DNA from: Ylistrum balloti
Lineage: Eukaryota
Direction: 5' to 3'
Length of the DNA: 64,000 nt
Assembly: GCF_031769215.1 (NCBI RefSeq)
Contig: NW_026782296.1
Span: 186,001 to 250,000, forward strand
Shown: one piece after another, positions 45,937 through 60,900 of the stretch
Position numbering within the stretch: position 1 is the first letter of the stretch
Layout of the letters: each line of letters opens with the position of its first letter
Position numbers and translations under genes: made by a program
The notes under the pieces: model-generated
Databases searched by the model: none
The model's input: only the letters and a program-made list of their open reading frames with translations
Told to the model about the DNA's origin: nothing

Positions 45937-48900
45937 ATGAGTTCGTCATCTAAAACTGGCAGTCCAGGTAAGCATTTTCATCTAAAACACCATAATTGTG
46001 ACCTCTTATGAGGTCTTCTGTAGAGAGGTCAGGACCCTGCATCAGTAGCAGGGTAGGTAGTTTGACAGCTTCTGAAACTGATCGAAGAGATAAAAGTTAC
46101 ATCGCATACATATAACTATCAAATAGATTCCCATCAAGATTTGTTCAACTTTGTACTTCTTATGAAGTTAAGATAGCTGCTCAACATAGATTTTGTGATA
46201 AAATTTATACTTAATAAAACTTTTTAAGATGAAAGAATGTCTGCTCCTTACTGTAGTAAATTGGTAGAGATTTTTTTTGTAATGTCTTAAAGATTGGGAT
46301 GTCAGATATTTTTAGCATGAGATTAACAGATGCTTCATTATGATTGGAGTGTTTGAATGTGGATTAAGTATTTAAGTGATTGCTTATCATTTTGATATAT
46401 TATGACCTGGCAGTCATTGTTGTTAATGTTACTATCTGTTAATTTTAGTTTCCTGTGTGGTTGTAGATGTACATGTACAGATCAAGTGAAAATGTGTTTT
46501 CATTAATGTTTATGTTTAATATATGAAAGTACCATTCAATGTCAGTTCATTGCGCCACAAACTTAAATGCATCTATATTGAAGTTAAGTTTATTACCAGT
46601 ACAGGATCATCTAAGATCCACTACAAGGGTCTGAAATATACAACACATTATATAAATCAATCGTGACACCAGTACCAATTCCTATACAATTTCAGCCTTG
46701 TGATTATATAAAAGTTCTTGATCTTTCCAATGCTTATCTAGTATTATTAGAATTAGTTGTGTCTGTGATTATATCTACAGTAAGTATAAACAGTGACCAA
46801 TATGATCTAATGATTCTGCCAAAACATAAATAACATGTATAATTTTACTAAAATGAACATACTGGTACATTCATATATTTTTTAAAGATTGCTTATAACT
46901 ACATGTTGGTGGATCATGGTAGTACTAAATTACCTCATGATCTAATTAAAAAATGTTAATGTACTCCTGATCAGATCACCAATGACCATTATTGTCGGAG
47001 TGTTTCAAGTCTCAAAGTTGTCTCTGCAAATACTGGGAATAAAACTAGCAGGTAATTTTCCTACAATGATACTTTCTATTTTTTGAACCAATTGTAGGAG
47101 TACTTTATCACTAAGCTCTCTGTTTGTACTTGTGGGTATATAGTCATAGCAAATGCTGTCAGATTATTTGCTAAGGACATTCACTTTGTGTAGGATCACA
47201 CAGAGGTATTTAATCATTTTACTGAAAACTTAATTTGAACAAAAAAATGGAGGGGATGATTCAGCTGTTAAGCAGGCTTGTTATGTTCTCATTGTTATGC
47301 CTTGTCAAAGTAGGAAATTCTTTTTAGAGATTTAATGAAAGGACTGTTTTGAAAAAGTGGTGTACATGTACTCTTGGAAGAAAAACCCATCAATACAATA
47401 GTAATACATTGCCATTTATACATAAAACTGTAATGAAGAAAAACAAATTGAGACAGAATTAGTGATTTCCCTAATTCATAAAAATATAGGTCAATATATG
47501 TAAACACATTGTTACAAAAATGTGGTGACCATCTTGAAAAATACCAAATCAGTTCATATATACTTTACTGAAACATTAAAAAAAAATTAAAAACAGATAC
47601 ATTGTAAAAGATGCTTAATGGCATGAGATGAACCTATGACATGTTATAAGGTAAATCACCACTCATTTATTACAAAGTTGAATATTGTCACAGTAGTTTG
47701 AATTGCATGACATTGTATTTTTGAAAGAAAAGGGGAAAATATGCATTCCTACCAAAAGCAACAACCAGAAATCAAATCTTTGTTGATGTCTCTGCCATGA
47801 TAATCTATGGCTCAACCAACTGAACCAAAGAAGCAAGCTCCATCAGCTGTGTGACTGTATCTAAGACTAGTACAAGCCACACAAAGCCATTCCTTTTATA
47901 CTACTCCCCCTGTTTTTCTTGAGATTTCCTAAATCTTAACTGCATTCTCTAAATACCACAATGTATGGGATATTATGGGGGGGCCAGTGTGAAAGAACAG
48001 GGAAAATGCACATTCCTGCCGAGTGCCCAGACCAGGAATCGAACCTGGGTTTCTTCAGCATAATAATCCACAGCTCCACCAACTAAGCCAAAGAGTAACA
48101 GAGGTCATGTATGGTTAGCATTATTACAAGCCACACCAATACACTCCTTTTGCTTTACTCCCATTGCTTTTCTTGAGAATTCCCAAATCTCTACAAGTTA
48201 TCTAGATATCACACCTCTGGGGATGTTGTGGGCTGCCATTGTGAAAGAACGGAAAATACTCATTCCTGCTGAGTGCCCTGACCTGGAATCAAACCCAGGT
48301 ATCAGAAATCCAGCATGATAATCCACAATGCCACCAATTAAGCCATAGAGTGGCAGAAACCATGTTTAGCATTATGTACAAGCCACACCAACCTGCTTCT
48401 TTTGCATATTCATTGTATGCTTGTCTAAAGTACTAGTTGATTTCATGGTAGAAATGTGCCAGCAAGGCATGGAACTTTGCTGAATTAGTTAAAATACTGG
48501 TCAGTTAGGAATATTAACAAACATGTCAATGTCTCATCATACATATATTTCATATTATTACCTTTGCAATTGATTATTTAAAAATCACAGGTATCATTTT
48601 ATTCCGCACCATAGTGGATATCAATGTAACCGAGTCTGGAAAAGCATGAAAAAGCACATGTCTGTTTGAATTTTGTAGTATATTAACACAATCAGTATGC
48701 AAAATGTGGATTGAAACTGGCTACATTGGATCAATGTTTTAATTGTTTCATTGGTAGATAAAGACAAGAAGAATATTTTAAAGTATTTAATTGTCTTAAA
48801 TAATGAAAAGAATATCATGCAAGGAATTGTTGAACACTGCTGCTTATGTTAATATGTATTGGTGGTGATTGTTGTTGACAATGAACAAATCATAATATTC

Positions 48901-51900
48901 TCAACTGGCTACCTGTAGATTGCTATCTCCTTATCATTGATTCTGTATATGGTCTCAAACTGTACTATTTAAGCCATCCAAAGTACAGTATAGCCTCTGG
49001 CAGGGTCCAAACTATTGTATCAATAGACCTAGAATTGTTGTTATTATTGACAAACATGTTTTCCAACTATCCACCAATTCAAACTGAGTGGAGCTTTAGG
49101 TAGATCATAATTAACCCGAGCCATTTCAGGATCAGTTTACAATAATTTACCAGATACATTAATGTTAACATATAATGATACCAGTGTCAGAGTTCAGTTT
49201 GGCATCAAAGTTCAAAACAATAAAGAAATTTATATTGAGGTAGAGTTTATTGTTCGTTAAAGTCATGATGAATTTTTCTTGTTCTGCATGAAGAATAATT
49301 ATGATTTTGTCAAACGTTTATTTCTGTGGTCACAATTGTTCCCCGGAATATTTTTAGACTATAGATAAAACAGCATTGTCTATCAAGGCAGCACCTGGGG
49401 AACATCTGCTTTCCTCACATTTAAAAGACATTTAGTTTTTTTTTTCGCTGGGAAAGGAATGAGTGATGATTTCACAAAGGCCGAAGAGCAGGTAATGGGT
49501 CTGGCATGCTATTGTAGTTGATCTTGATCTCTAGACCTAATCAGCTAAACAGAATTAAGTATACCCAGCACCGCTGTACCAACAGCTTAAGTGCATTTTG
49601 TTGGATGTTCACTAAAATGTTAATGTTCATGCTGTATCAAATTAAAAATCTATTCATTACCAATATCATGTTGCCTTTGCCAACAGTTTTAGTTTTGATT
49701 TTTCTACCTAAAGATAATGTTACACTGATTTGTTAATATGAAATCAATAACTTTTACCAAAAGAAAATATGACATTTTCAGTTTTTGTAAAATTTCAGCG
49801 GTTTGATACATTAGAAATTATACAAGACATTTATATATATATATTTTAATGTCATTTGCTATAAATTTCTTTGATAGAAATTATTATAGACCCACCAGCT
49901 TTATGATCAGGGCAAGATCATGATGAGTTGAAAAAAATAGAGTTCTTTCAGAATGGTTGCTTTATTTGTAGATTATAATACTGGCTAAGCGTAAGGATTT
50001 GTGGAGTTTCATATAATACATTGTACATATGTTGTATTGTGTAACGAGTAAAAGTGAGTGGGCGTCTTTTATAGAAAATCAATAGGCAAAGACGACACGT
50101 TAGATGTAAAAACCTATATCCTGTCTTTCTATGCTATAATTTTGTTGCTGTCGCCAAGAACATACTGTATGGGAAACAAAGCCTGGCTCTACATCATCTC
50201 ATACGTCCTTTTCTGGTGCATACTTCTGTTGTACAGGCAACAAAATTTCTTTACTAATAAATGTCAATATGAGTTACATTCATCAAAACACAACTAAACA
50301 GAACAGCAGTACAGCAATTGTTGGTGGTGGTGACTGTAACTGACATCCATCAAAACAATTAGTGATTCATTGTAAAGAACAATATGTGGCAAATGTGTAT
50401 AAATAATGGAGTAGCACAGCATACACTGGTTATGATGTTACTGGGATGTTTAGGGTGATGATTAATCTATTGTGCCCTTCCTTTTCATCAATTGTTGTAC
50501 TACTGACCCAGTTAACATTGAATCGACATTACTTGCAAGATTACTGATGTGTGGAATACTATAAATAAACTAATATGGAAAATAAGTGAAGTGGAAAATA
50601 GTCCTAGGAACTTTATACTGGTGTGGAGAGTAGTCTTAGGAATTATATACTGGTGTGGAGAGTAGTCTTAGGAATTATATACTGGTGTGGAGAGTAGTCT
50701 TAGGAATTATATACTGGTGTGGAGAGTAGTCTTAGGAATTATATACTGGTGTGGGGATTATATACTGGTGTGGAGAGTAGTCTTAGGAATTATATACTGG
50801 TGTGGAGAGTAGTGTTAGGAATTATATACTGGTGTGGAGAGTAGTCTTAGGAATTATATACTGGTGTGGCCAATAGTCTTAGAATTATATACTGGTGTGG
50901 ACAATTGTCTTAGAATTATATACTGGTGTGGAGAGTAGTCTTAGAATTATATACTGGTGTGGCCAATAGTCTTAGAATTATATACTGGTGTGGCCAATAG
51001 TCTTAGAATTATATACTGGTGTGGAGAGTAGTCTTAGGAATTATATACTGGTGTGGAGAGTAGTGTTAGGAATTATATACTGGTGTGGAGAGTAGTCTTA
51101 GGAATTATATACTGGTGTGGACAATTGTCTTAGAATTATATACTGATGTGAAGAGTAGTCTTAGGAATTATATACTGGTGTGGAGAGTAGTCTTAGGAAT
51201 TATATACTGGTGTGGAGAGTAGTCTTAGGAATTACATACTGGTGTGGGGAGTAGTCTTAGGAATTATATACTGGTGTGGAGAGTAGTGTTAGGAATTATA
51301 TACTGGTGTGGCCAATAGTCTTAGAATTATATACTGGTGTGGCCAATAGTCTTAGAATTATATACTGGTGTGGACAATTGTCTTAGAATTATATACTGAT
51401 GTGGACAATTGTCTTAGAATTATATACTGATGTGGAAAGTAGTCTTAGAATTATATACTGATGTGAAAAGTAGTCTTAGAATTATATACTGGTGTGGAGA
51501 GTAGTCTTAGGAATTACATACTGGTGTGGCCAATTGTCTTAGAATTATATACTGGTGTGGAAAGTAGTGTTAGGAATTATATACTGGTGTGGACAATTGT
51601 CTTAGAATTATATACTGATGTGGAAAGTAGTGTTAGGAATTATATACTGATGTGGAAAGTAGTGTTAGGAATTATATACTGATGTGGAAAGTAGTGTTAG
51701 GAATTATATACTGATGTGGAAAGTAGTGTTAGGAATTATATACTGGTGTGGACAATTGTCTTAGAATTATATACTGGTGTGGACAATAGTCTTAGGAATT
51801 ATATACTGATGTGGAAAGTAGTGGTGAGATATATATAATTTAACAGAACTTTGTATATTGCTTTACTTTTCACCTGCAGTTACACACATAGTTCTTATTT

Positions 51901-54900
51901 ATGTGAGAGAATAAAACCTTTGTTCACCTTTCCTGACAAGTTTAAGGAGAAGTTCATTAAGTGTAAATCTGATGTAATTCTTCTTGGTAACCTTTGTATC
52001 ATTTAGGTACATGACCTTGTTGAAAACATTTGTCACAGTATACTTGTTTTCATTTCAACAATAAGCAGAGTTAACATATCGGAAGTATAAGTATATAACT
52101 GTTAATGGATAGTACGATTTTACTTTGTGAGATACTGTCAACTCGAGAATCGTTCAGATGTTGAAATGTATTCTGCTCACTGACCTGGGATCATAGATGA
52201 AGTGTTTGTATTGAGGTTACATCACCATTTGCATGATCACAGTCACTTCCAACTTTGTTCCGATCTTCGATTTATACACCTTGTTTTATTCACCAAGGTC
52301 AAGTTCCAAATGTATACCTTTCAATTACTATGTGGTATCCAGCTATAAATCAATGATAATTAATTCTTTAGATTTCTGCAGAATTTTCGTTGTTTGAGCC
52401 GATCCACCCCCTGATTTAGGTGGGAGGTTATGTGTTGGCCTCTGGGAGACATATATCTGCTCTTGAAGATGTCACACCTTGTCCTGACCTAATTCAATTT
52501 TAGATCCTTTTTAAAAGATGGAAGATTCATGGAAACATACTTGAGGAAACCAGGTCTAACAGGAAAGCACCTTGCATGTACTAAAATAGATAAGAGATAT
52601 GAAATATGGCTTCAATGTTAGTTCTGCAAGTGGAGCACTCATGATATATATTGAAATATACATGTGTATATAAAGTATGCAGTATCTGAATGAAACAAAA
52701 TTAGAATTTTGAAAAAGAAATTTTAATTTTAATAGCACTTGATTTTTTGAAAATGTAATAGACATAACAGATCTATTTTGAAGTACCTGTAAAGCAGAAC
52801 ATCCCAGGTGGAAGACTTCAAATGAAATCCACCAAGTTCAAGTTTGCATGATCATATAACGTGCTATATTCCTGCACAGATGGTCGAGCAATCACTTAAA
52901 GGAAAGTTTTCTATTGATAAGATTGTATATACTGATATTATAACATTTTCTGTAGCATTCATGAAGGTTTTGCTATGTAGATATAACACTTAATTTTCTT
53001 GATAGTTATATGTAAATACTTCTCTATATGTATTTGTTATCAATGAACACAATTTGTGGCTACAGCAAATATTATAATTGCTGCTATACAATCTTTGTAG
53101 CAGCAGCTCCAGGATGGGATTACGCTGATTCAGCTAAAGCCAGGGGTGAATTCTGGAGATATTGGCTGCACATATCCATTATGAAAGCTTCTTAGTGTTG
53201 GGATATTTGTTAGCTTAGTCTAAGAGCTTTGAAAAGAATTCAGCAGATCCTATTTCTGGAATTCTGAAAGCAAAATAGCTGAAAGAAAATGTAGCTATGA
53301 CTGCCTTAACAGCATCAAGACTATATGAATGTGACAGTATAATTTTACACTAGTGGAAGTTTAGGGCTCTACCATGATATAACATACAATCTAAAAGTTT
53401 TGATATCCGTATAGAAATCCATTACTTGTTCAAAACCCCTTCATATGTAATTTTGATGATTTGCAATGTTAAAAACAGGCCATATTCACATAGGTGATAA
53501 ATCTTTACAGAAACTCTGAATTATATGGATGTTTAATATATATTTGACTTTATTGAAGCTGAATATATTGGAAATAATGAGATTATCAAGTTATACATGG
53601 TGCATTGTTCAATGTCTATATATTGCAGCAAATTTTTTTTTATCAACTTCTACATAACAAAGAGGCTATGCATATAATATCAATCCAGAACTATGTTGTG
53701 ATGAAGGACTATCAACTATATGTGCTCAATTGGATGACCTTGACCTGATATCAAGGTCACTGTGTCAAATGTGATCAATTCTTCAAAGACAATTTACAAG
53801 TACTGTACATGAAATCATTGTGAAAGTTGTATATGAAATTGGCATTGTTTTTGAAGAAGGAAGTTGATATTGCATGAATAATGAATGGATTGATCAGGGC
53901 CCGGGACTTGGAATTCAGGAAACAAAAAAGAAATGATGATAAAGAATTGATAGTAAAGTAAGATTAATGTGAGGTAATTTCATTGCATTTCCTTGAAAAA
54001 TCCACATATGAAGTGTAGAAGAAGTATTGTTCAAATTCACTAATTAAAAAAAACCTTCATATAAAGTTCCAGTTAAAAAAAAGCACCCTGACTACAGCCT
54101 TGAAGATGAGTATTTACGTCAATGTGGCAGTGCTGTGTGTATGTCTGCCACCCCTGGGTTAGGCGGCAGAAGAGTCTCAAGTCAGCTGTCTGTCAGAGAT
54201 AGCATATGTAAGCCAGTATACTTCCTCCTGTTACTAGCTTGAAACTCTTTTCTTATATTGGCTATTTCTTATGTGCATATTTCTAAGAGGGAGGCATATG
54301 ATGCATAAATGTCTGCAAATTATAAATCACTTTTTAATAAGATTGATTCTTAAAAAGCACTTATTTCTGTAATTAATATAATGCTGGCAATATAATAATT
54401 TAAAACAAATGAAAAAAGAAGGTTTATAATCGGGAAGAGCGTTCTTAAACATGGATTTACATTGGCATGTCCGTATCATTTGACAAATCTGATAAAACAA
54501 AATTTATGATTTTGATATGTAATTATATCTAATTTGTCATAGAGTTAATGTGATCAGATCACAATCAAATTTGAAATGCACTACCTTGTATATTTAGTGA
54601 TATACGGTTTAGTTGCAGAGTGCAGTAGAAGAGTTAACTGTGGGCAGTTTTGTTTTATTATTATAAAAATTTAAATTCGCAGGCAGAACCAGTGAGTTAT
54701 CAGTAGTATATGATTAGTGTGTGGGTATAGGATGAGTCAGCCATGAGCTCCATGTGGGGGATCAATAACCATATAGTAGTGGAGGTTGTATACCAGGCCC
54801 AGGACAGACTGCAGACCAGCCTCATCACTGCTGGAGCTGGTGCATGTTACTGCAATTTGTAAATACAAACACTACTCCATGCAAACCGATTAATAAAAAA

Positions 54901-57900
54901 AAAAAAATAGAGCAATGGGACTTAAATATATATCTCCTGCAGCCTTACATCTGGGCTTTACATTCATACTGGTCTGTGTCAGGAACTTGTAAAAACAAAC
55001 TACCCAGGTTGGATCAGTTCACATGTCAATTTTATTACTTTTCATAATACAATACATGTATATATAGACTTAGCATTTGGCTTGCATTAGTGAGTTTATA
55101 TTTTTCCATACAATTTTTTTAAATTATCTTTGACAAGCCAATGAACTTGCTAATTGCATTACCTCAGCTGCATTTATTAATAAGATTTGATTTAGAAACC
55201 TAATGATTTGTATGTACAGACCTTGATTCATCATGCTGATTCATAGGATCGACACCATATGTGATAATAGAAACTGATTTTAAAAATATAGAAATGGTCC
55301 TAATACACTTTTATTAGAAAAAGATTTTATGCAATTGACACACACTAGAGCCTAGGGGAGGTCCATGTTGTAGGGTATGTAGTGGAGTATTTGTTATGAG
55401 ATAATTTTTTTCAAATTGTAAAGTTTACAACCCATAGTATCCATCTCTTCAACTTTTGATCTTTCATTCTTCCAGTCATTTGTTTTCACAAATACCCATA
55501 CTTGCCAAAGTCTGTGTCACCTACCTGTAAAAAACGAAATCTCTCACATCTGTATTCATTTCGAAGGAGATTTACAAAATATTTAATGATTTCATTTTAG
55601 ATATTTCTGTACTATTCCAAGCTTCACTTATGTTATCCATGAACTTCAATTATATTAATTTCCCGATATCACATGGCATTAAGATGGCAGTTTCAGGCTC
55701 AGTAAGGTTTTTAATTTAAGTTTGGATAGGGAAAAGAACAAAGATGCACAGATAAAGATAAAATATTTAAACTTAATTGGTATTTGAATGTTTTGATGAA
55801 GAAAAAAAAAATTATGGGAAATGTCTGCTGTGGTCTTCAATGGGTGCTTGCATTCAAAGAAAATATACTGCCATACAGCTGATTTCTGCCATCAGTGCCT
55901 GGCAGTAATTAATGTGTGTGGTGTGTATGGAAACAAAACTTATAACTAATGTTGTGGGGGCTGCAGTATCCATCAGGCAGAGTTGTATACAAACATGTAT
56001 TGGCATACTGTCTTCTGGCCAAGATAAACAAACACAAACAATAGCTACCCCAGATGTTCACAAGTGTATGTACTAATAACGTGTAGAAAATGAGTACTTG
56101 ATTTGCTTTGGTTCTGTTGGTATTGAATGTCTCTAAGTTTTATTGAAATACTTTCAATGCAGACCCAAATTCTAAAATTTCAATACTCATATCACTTACT
56201 TGTGACATTCTGTCCAGTTACAAATGGAAATTAACCGGAAAACCTGGAAAAAATGAAGAGTACAAGTAATCACTTAGTGACTGTTGGAGTTTTGATATAT
56301 GTCTTGTTTACATTATTGGGGTGGGTAAGGGGGTCATTCTGATAGTAAAACTTGTATATAACAAAACTTTTGGTTGATGAACCTTTATGGAAATATTTGT
56401 ATTATGTATTAAACAATTTTCCATATGATGCTTTACAAATTTCAAGAGTAGGACAGAATTTTATGATAATAATATAATAATGAATAGATTCTGTCATGAG
56501 TGAGCTCTATTAAACAGAAAACCCTTAAATTTTCTTTTTTATTACAAATGTAAAGGAAAAACGAATAAAAAGAGGCAGATTCAAACATGAAATAAAGCAG
56601 TTTTTAAAAACATCATGAAATAATAACTTAAACAATTAGACATCAGACATTTTTAAGGGGCTTTTTAAGTTGTGTTCTCTGCTGTTATCTGGTAATTACC
56701 AGATATATAAGAACTGCTTTCAAAACCATTTTTATATAACAAATTATATTGAAAACCAGAAACGAACATGGGAAGTATTTGGCAGAAGACCATCTTATTC
56801 AACCTTCATTTCATTAACATATGCACAGAAAAATTAGCAAATTTTAATACGGAGACTAGAAAGACTAGCTGTTCTTGTTGGTCAAAAGTACTAAAGTTAT
56901 GATATGATTCTTCTGTCATCACTGCAGTGTTGATTTAAGTGTTTATCATTCAGACCATTTTCTATATTTCACTGGCAAAAATGTTATGTAACTGTTTTAT
57001 TCAAGGCATGCTATGTGTAATACAGTATCAGTGGATACATGTCCATATGAACTTTAATGTTTTTTCCAAGATGTACTTGACAGTTATTATAGATATCATC
57101 CAATAACTTTTCAAACATTTCAATTACAGACCATATGATAAGTTTGTGAACAAATTTATAATATCCTTGAGCTCTTGGAGGTCTTCCATTTTGTATCATG
57201 GGGTTAAAATTACTATTTGTATGTAAGATGAGAAGCCCAGATGATGATGAGGAGAGGTTAAGTAAATACGGTATGTTATTTCTGATACATCTGCATATTT
57301 ACAGTATATAAGTCCAGCCAGATAAGAGTGTAATACCAATAGGTTTGACCAGGTGGAATTGACCTTTCAATCAAGTACATATATAGATGGTGCTTTACAG
57401 GTAAATGAATGGAATGTATTCCAATGAAAGGATGGTTACAGTTTGAATCAGAACCTAAGAGAGATCTGTTGAAATTGAATCATGCGCAACTTTTTCCAGG
57501 TACAGATATAAACATTGTTTACAGTACATCACAGTGTTTGGTTCTCTTGAAGATCTTCTTTTAGAACTACAAGAGTACAAAAGACACAGAGTTGAACAGC
57601 ACCATTAAATACAGATTCTACTTATATACAGTAGAGCAACACAATGAATTAAATGCATCATACAGCTGTTTCGTAGTGCGAGGAATTGACAATGATGCTT
57701 AGGGTCAAACTTAATCATTTTTAAATATTTGGTATGGCAAAGGGACCATATTCACAATTCAATGTGGTTAACGTGATGAAAAGAAATCAGGTTTACAGGC
57801 CCTGAAGACCTTTTATTTAGTGATACAGATGGAGTAAAACATGTTTTATTGTAAGCAGATAAATGCCTTATGTATATGTATATATAGAAAAAAATTGAAA

Positions 57901-60900
57901 TAAAATTGAAACATTTGTAAGCATAAGTGCTTTAATATCAGATACTTATGAAGGTCAACCATGTAGGCCTACCAAGGTAGGAAAACTAATTGTAATAGAG
58001 TAGAGTTCAGATTGACAGAATAATTAAAATCACCTTCGAGGCAAAAGAGGAACACAAATTTATAGGAAAAAAAAAAGCCTAACTTCTTAAAATCTTGTCT
58101 GTTTACGTCACTAAGAGGTCGCCCCAATGAAGTTTTAAGTTAAGCCTTTCCAAAATTGTTTATGGCTCAGCATGAATATAATGGAAACTATAATTGTTTT
58201 CTGTACTATAATCTGCATGATAATATCTAGAATTACTCATTTGTAAGTCAAGTTTATTTCTACCCATGTTCAATCAGGATAAGATAACTCAATCTTATTT
58301 TGGAAGGATAAATAGCGCAGTGTCAAGCAAATTTTAGATAATATTGATTAAAGTTTCTAATTTTAACATACTCACATAAAGGGCATCAAAGGTTTATCTA
58401 TAATTTATTTAATTATAGTATTACAGATGTTAACCCATCATTTGATAATACATGTATGTCAAACTGATATATGGGATAGAAAAATGATCACCTACTAATA
58501 GGAAGGACAGAGAAATCTTCACCTGTAACAAACAATAAGATAGGACAGTAAAGAATCTCTTTAGATAAAGATTTCTCTGTCCTTCAGTCAGTATAGAATC
58601 GCCTCATATGAAGATTTTTCTGTCCTTTAGCCAGTTAAAAATCCCTTCCTCAAAGATTTTTCTGTCCTTTAGCCAGTTAAGAATCTCTTCATATGAAGAT
58701 TTTTCTGTCCTTTAGCCAGTTTAGAGTCCCTTCATAAAAAGATTTCTTTGTCCTTTAGCCAGTTAAAAATCCCTTCCTCAAAGATTTTTCTGTCCTTTAG
58801 CCAGTTAAGAATCTCTTCATATGAAGATTTTTCTGTCCTTTGGCCAGTTTAGAGTCCCTTCATAAAAAGATTTCTTTGTCCTTTAGCCAGTTAAAAATCC
58901 CTTCCTCAAAGATTTTTCTGTCCTTAAGCTAGTTAAGAATCTCTTCCTCAAAGATTTCTTTGTCCTTTAGCCAGTTAAAAATCCCTTCCTCAAAGATTTT
59001 TCTGTCCTTTGGCCAGTTAAGAATCTCTTCATAAAAAGATTTCTTTGTCCTTTAGCCAGTTAAGAATCGCTTCATATGAAGATTTTTCTGTCCTTTAGCC
59101 AGTTAAGAATCTCTTCATATGAAGATTTTTCTGTCCTTTGGCCAGTTAAAAATCCTTTCCTCAAAGATCTTTCTGTCTTTTAGCCAGTTAAAAATCTCTT
59201 CAGGTAAATATTCTCTGTCCTTCAGACAGTCAAGAATCTCTTCCATTAGTAGAGATTTCTCTTTTCTTATATATCTTGATAATGATGCACTTATCTTGCT
59301 TTGATCACAATGTTGACAATAAAAACAAAATGAAAAGCGCGTTTGCAGTTGAGCTACCAAATAAAATACAGAGAATATTCAGTCGGTGTGAACTGCTTCA
59401 TCAGGCAATATTGTATCATTCATCACATTTTATTTACTTTCGTCTTCTTTCTTATATCAACAGAAGAAATCAATGGCACTAAGAAACAGGAGTTAAGTAA
59501 TCAATTGGCCCTGATTATTTCTTGGTTATCAGAGCTGATTATCGACAAAACATACACAGCAATTCAGGTCCATTAGCTGGGGTGAATCTCCTCAGAGGAG
59601 AACACCATGCCTGTTGTAATAGATTTTCAGCTGGCAGAGAAAATGTGATTGTCCCCCTATAACTGTCAACTGGTGACAAACTCAGGCACCTTTTTTTCCT
59701 TTTAATTTTTTTCTTCAGAGGTTTTGGACAGATTTCAGCATTGGCTTTTTTAGGCGGAAAATGACTCATGAATGTTGCACAGATAATGCAAGGCACCTCC
59801 GCCTGCTGTTGCATACAGTATTGTTCTGTACTTGATGGATTTGAATGATGTCACTTGCACGAAGATCAGTCATATGGCTTCAGAGACCAGAATCTGTCAT
59901 TAAATTGGAGGCTCTTTGTTTATAGTTGTTTATAATGTGACAACAGGGACCTTATACACACATCTGTACACAAATGGTAATGGTAATGATGTTATTGTAT
60001 TTGACCAGATATTTCATTTTTCAGTATTTGAGTCTTTATAACATCATGACCTGTGTATACATCCCATTGTTAATTATCTTACAGTGCTGTGGATCTGCAG
60101 TCTTTAAGAAAATCCTTTTATCACATTCGGCCTGACTGTGGTATATTAACACTGATGAATTATACATGAAGGTCAGTTTTAGGTAGTACTGCAAAGCATT
60201 TTCCCTAGAGGGCAATTCTGTGTAATATTGCTGGACTGCCAGCTATCAATATATAGTCATTAGTAAAACCCTCTTAACTATACTTTAGAAGGAAAATGTG
60301 GTCACTTTTTCAATAAACCATTATTTCCAGTTTTCTCAAAGGAGGTCTACTGTATATGATTGTACAGCCACTTGACTGGGGTAGAAAGAAACTGTTTTGT
60401 GATGGTGTATATGGCATAAAAAGGTTTGCTTCACCTTTTGTTACAGGTTAGCCTTTGTGAATATTAAGGTCAATATTATTCCCTAATGTACCATATTTGT
60501 TGGTCCAGTCTATCTGATCAATGACCTGCCTGCTATAATCACGAAAAATGATGGAATACTGTCAGTAGTCCAAATGTATATAAACCTCTCCCAATACGCT
60601 TCACTGTACCTTTTCCTATTCAACTTACAGCATTGCAACAGGAGATGATATCCATTTATTGCTTAGTAGAATCTGCATCATTATGATAATACAATTGTAG
60701 AAGATATATGTTGCCCTTACAAGGTAGCCAGAAATCCCATTTGACCATTTAAGTTTGAGGGCAGTTCAAACTAAAACACTAATGGTAAATTAAGATTGTT
60801 GTGTCCTTGTTCAGAATCTGTAGCATCACAGTGAGAATTTGCCAAATTGTTAGTTTAGCTTGTTTTAATATATCAGACTGCAGTAGCATTTTGGTATACA

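Noticed and set aside
45937-45967. Assignment of the divergent gene to Ras2 (as for Drosophila Rop) or to a Kv-beta subunit (TGSP motif)
   Set aside because: No GxxxxGKS or RNLGKSG exon was found in the window; a 4-residue match is not evidence.
48020-48100. tRNA gene candidates (also near 7505-7580 and 61375-61445)
   Set aside because: A/B boxes are present, but I could not fold a full cloverleaf and each continues into a SINE body; treated as SINE heads.
50595-51825. CRISPR-like regular ~32-bp spacing (also 1210-2620, 58570-59245, 63395-64000)
   Set aside because: Units are contiguous with no unique spacers, there are no cas genes, and the context is eukaryotic.
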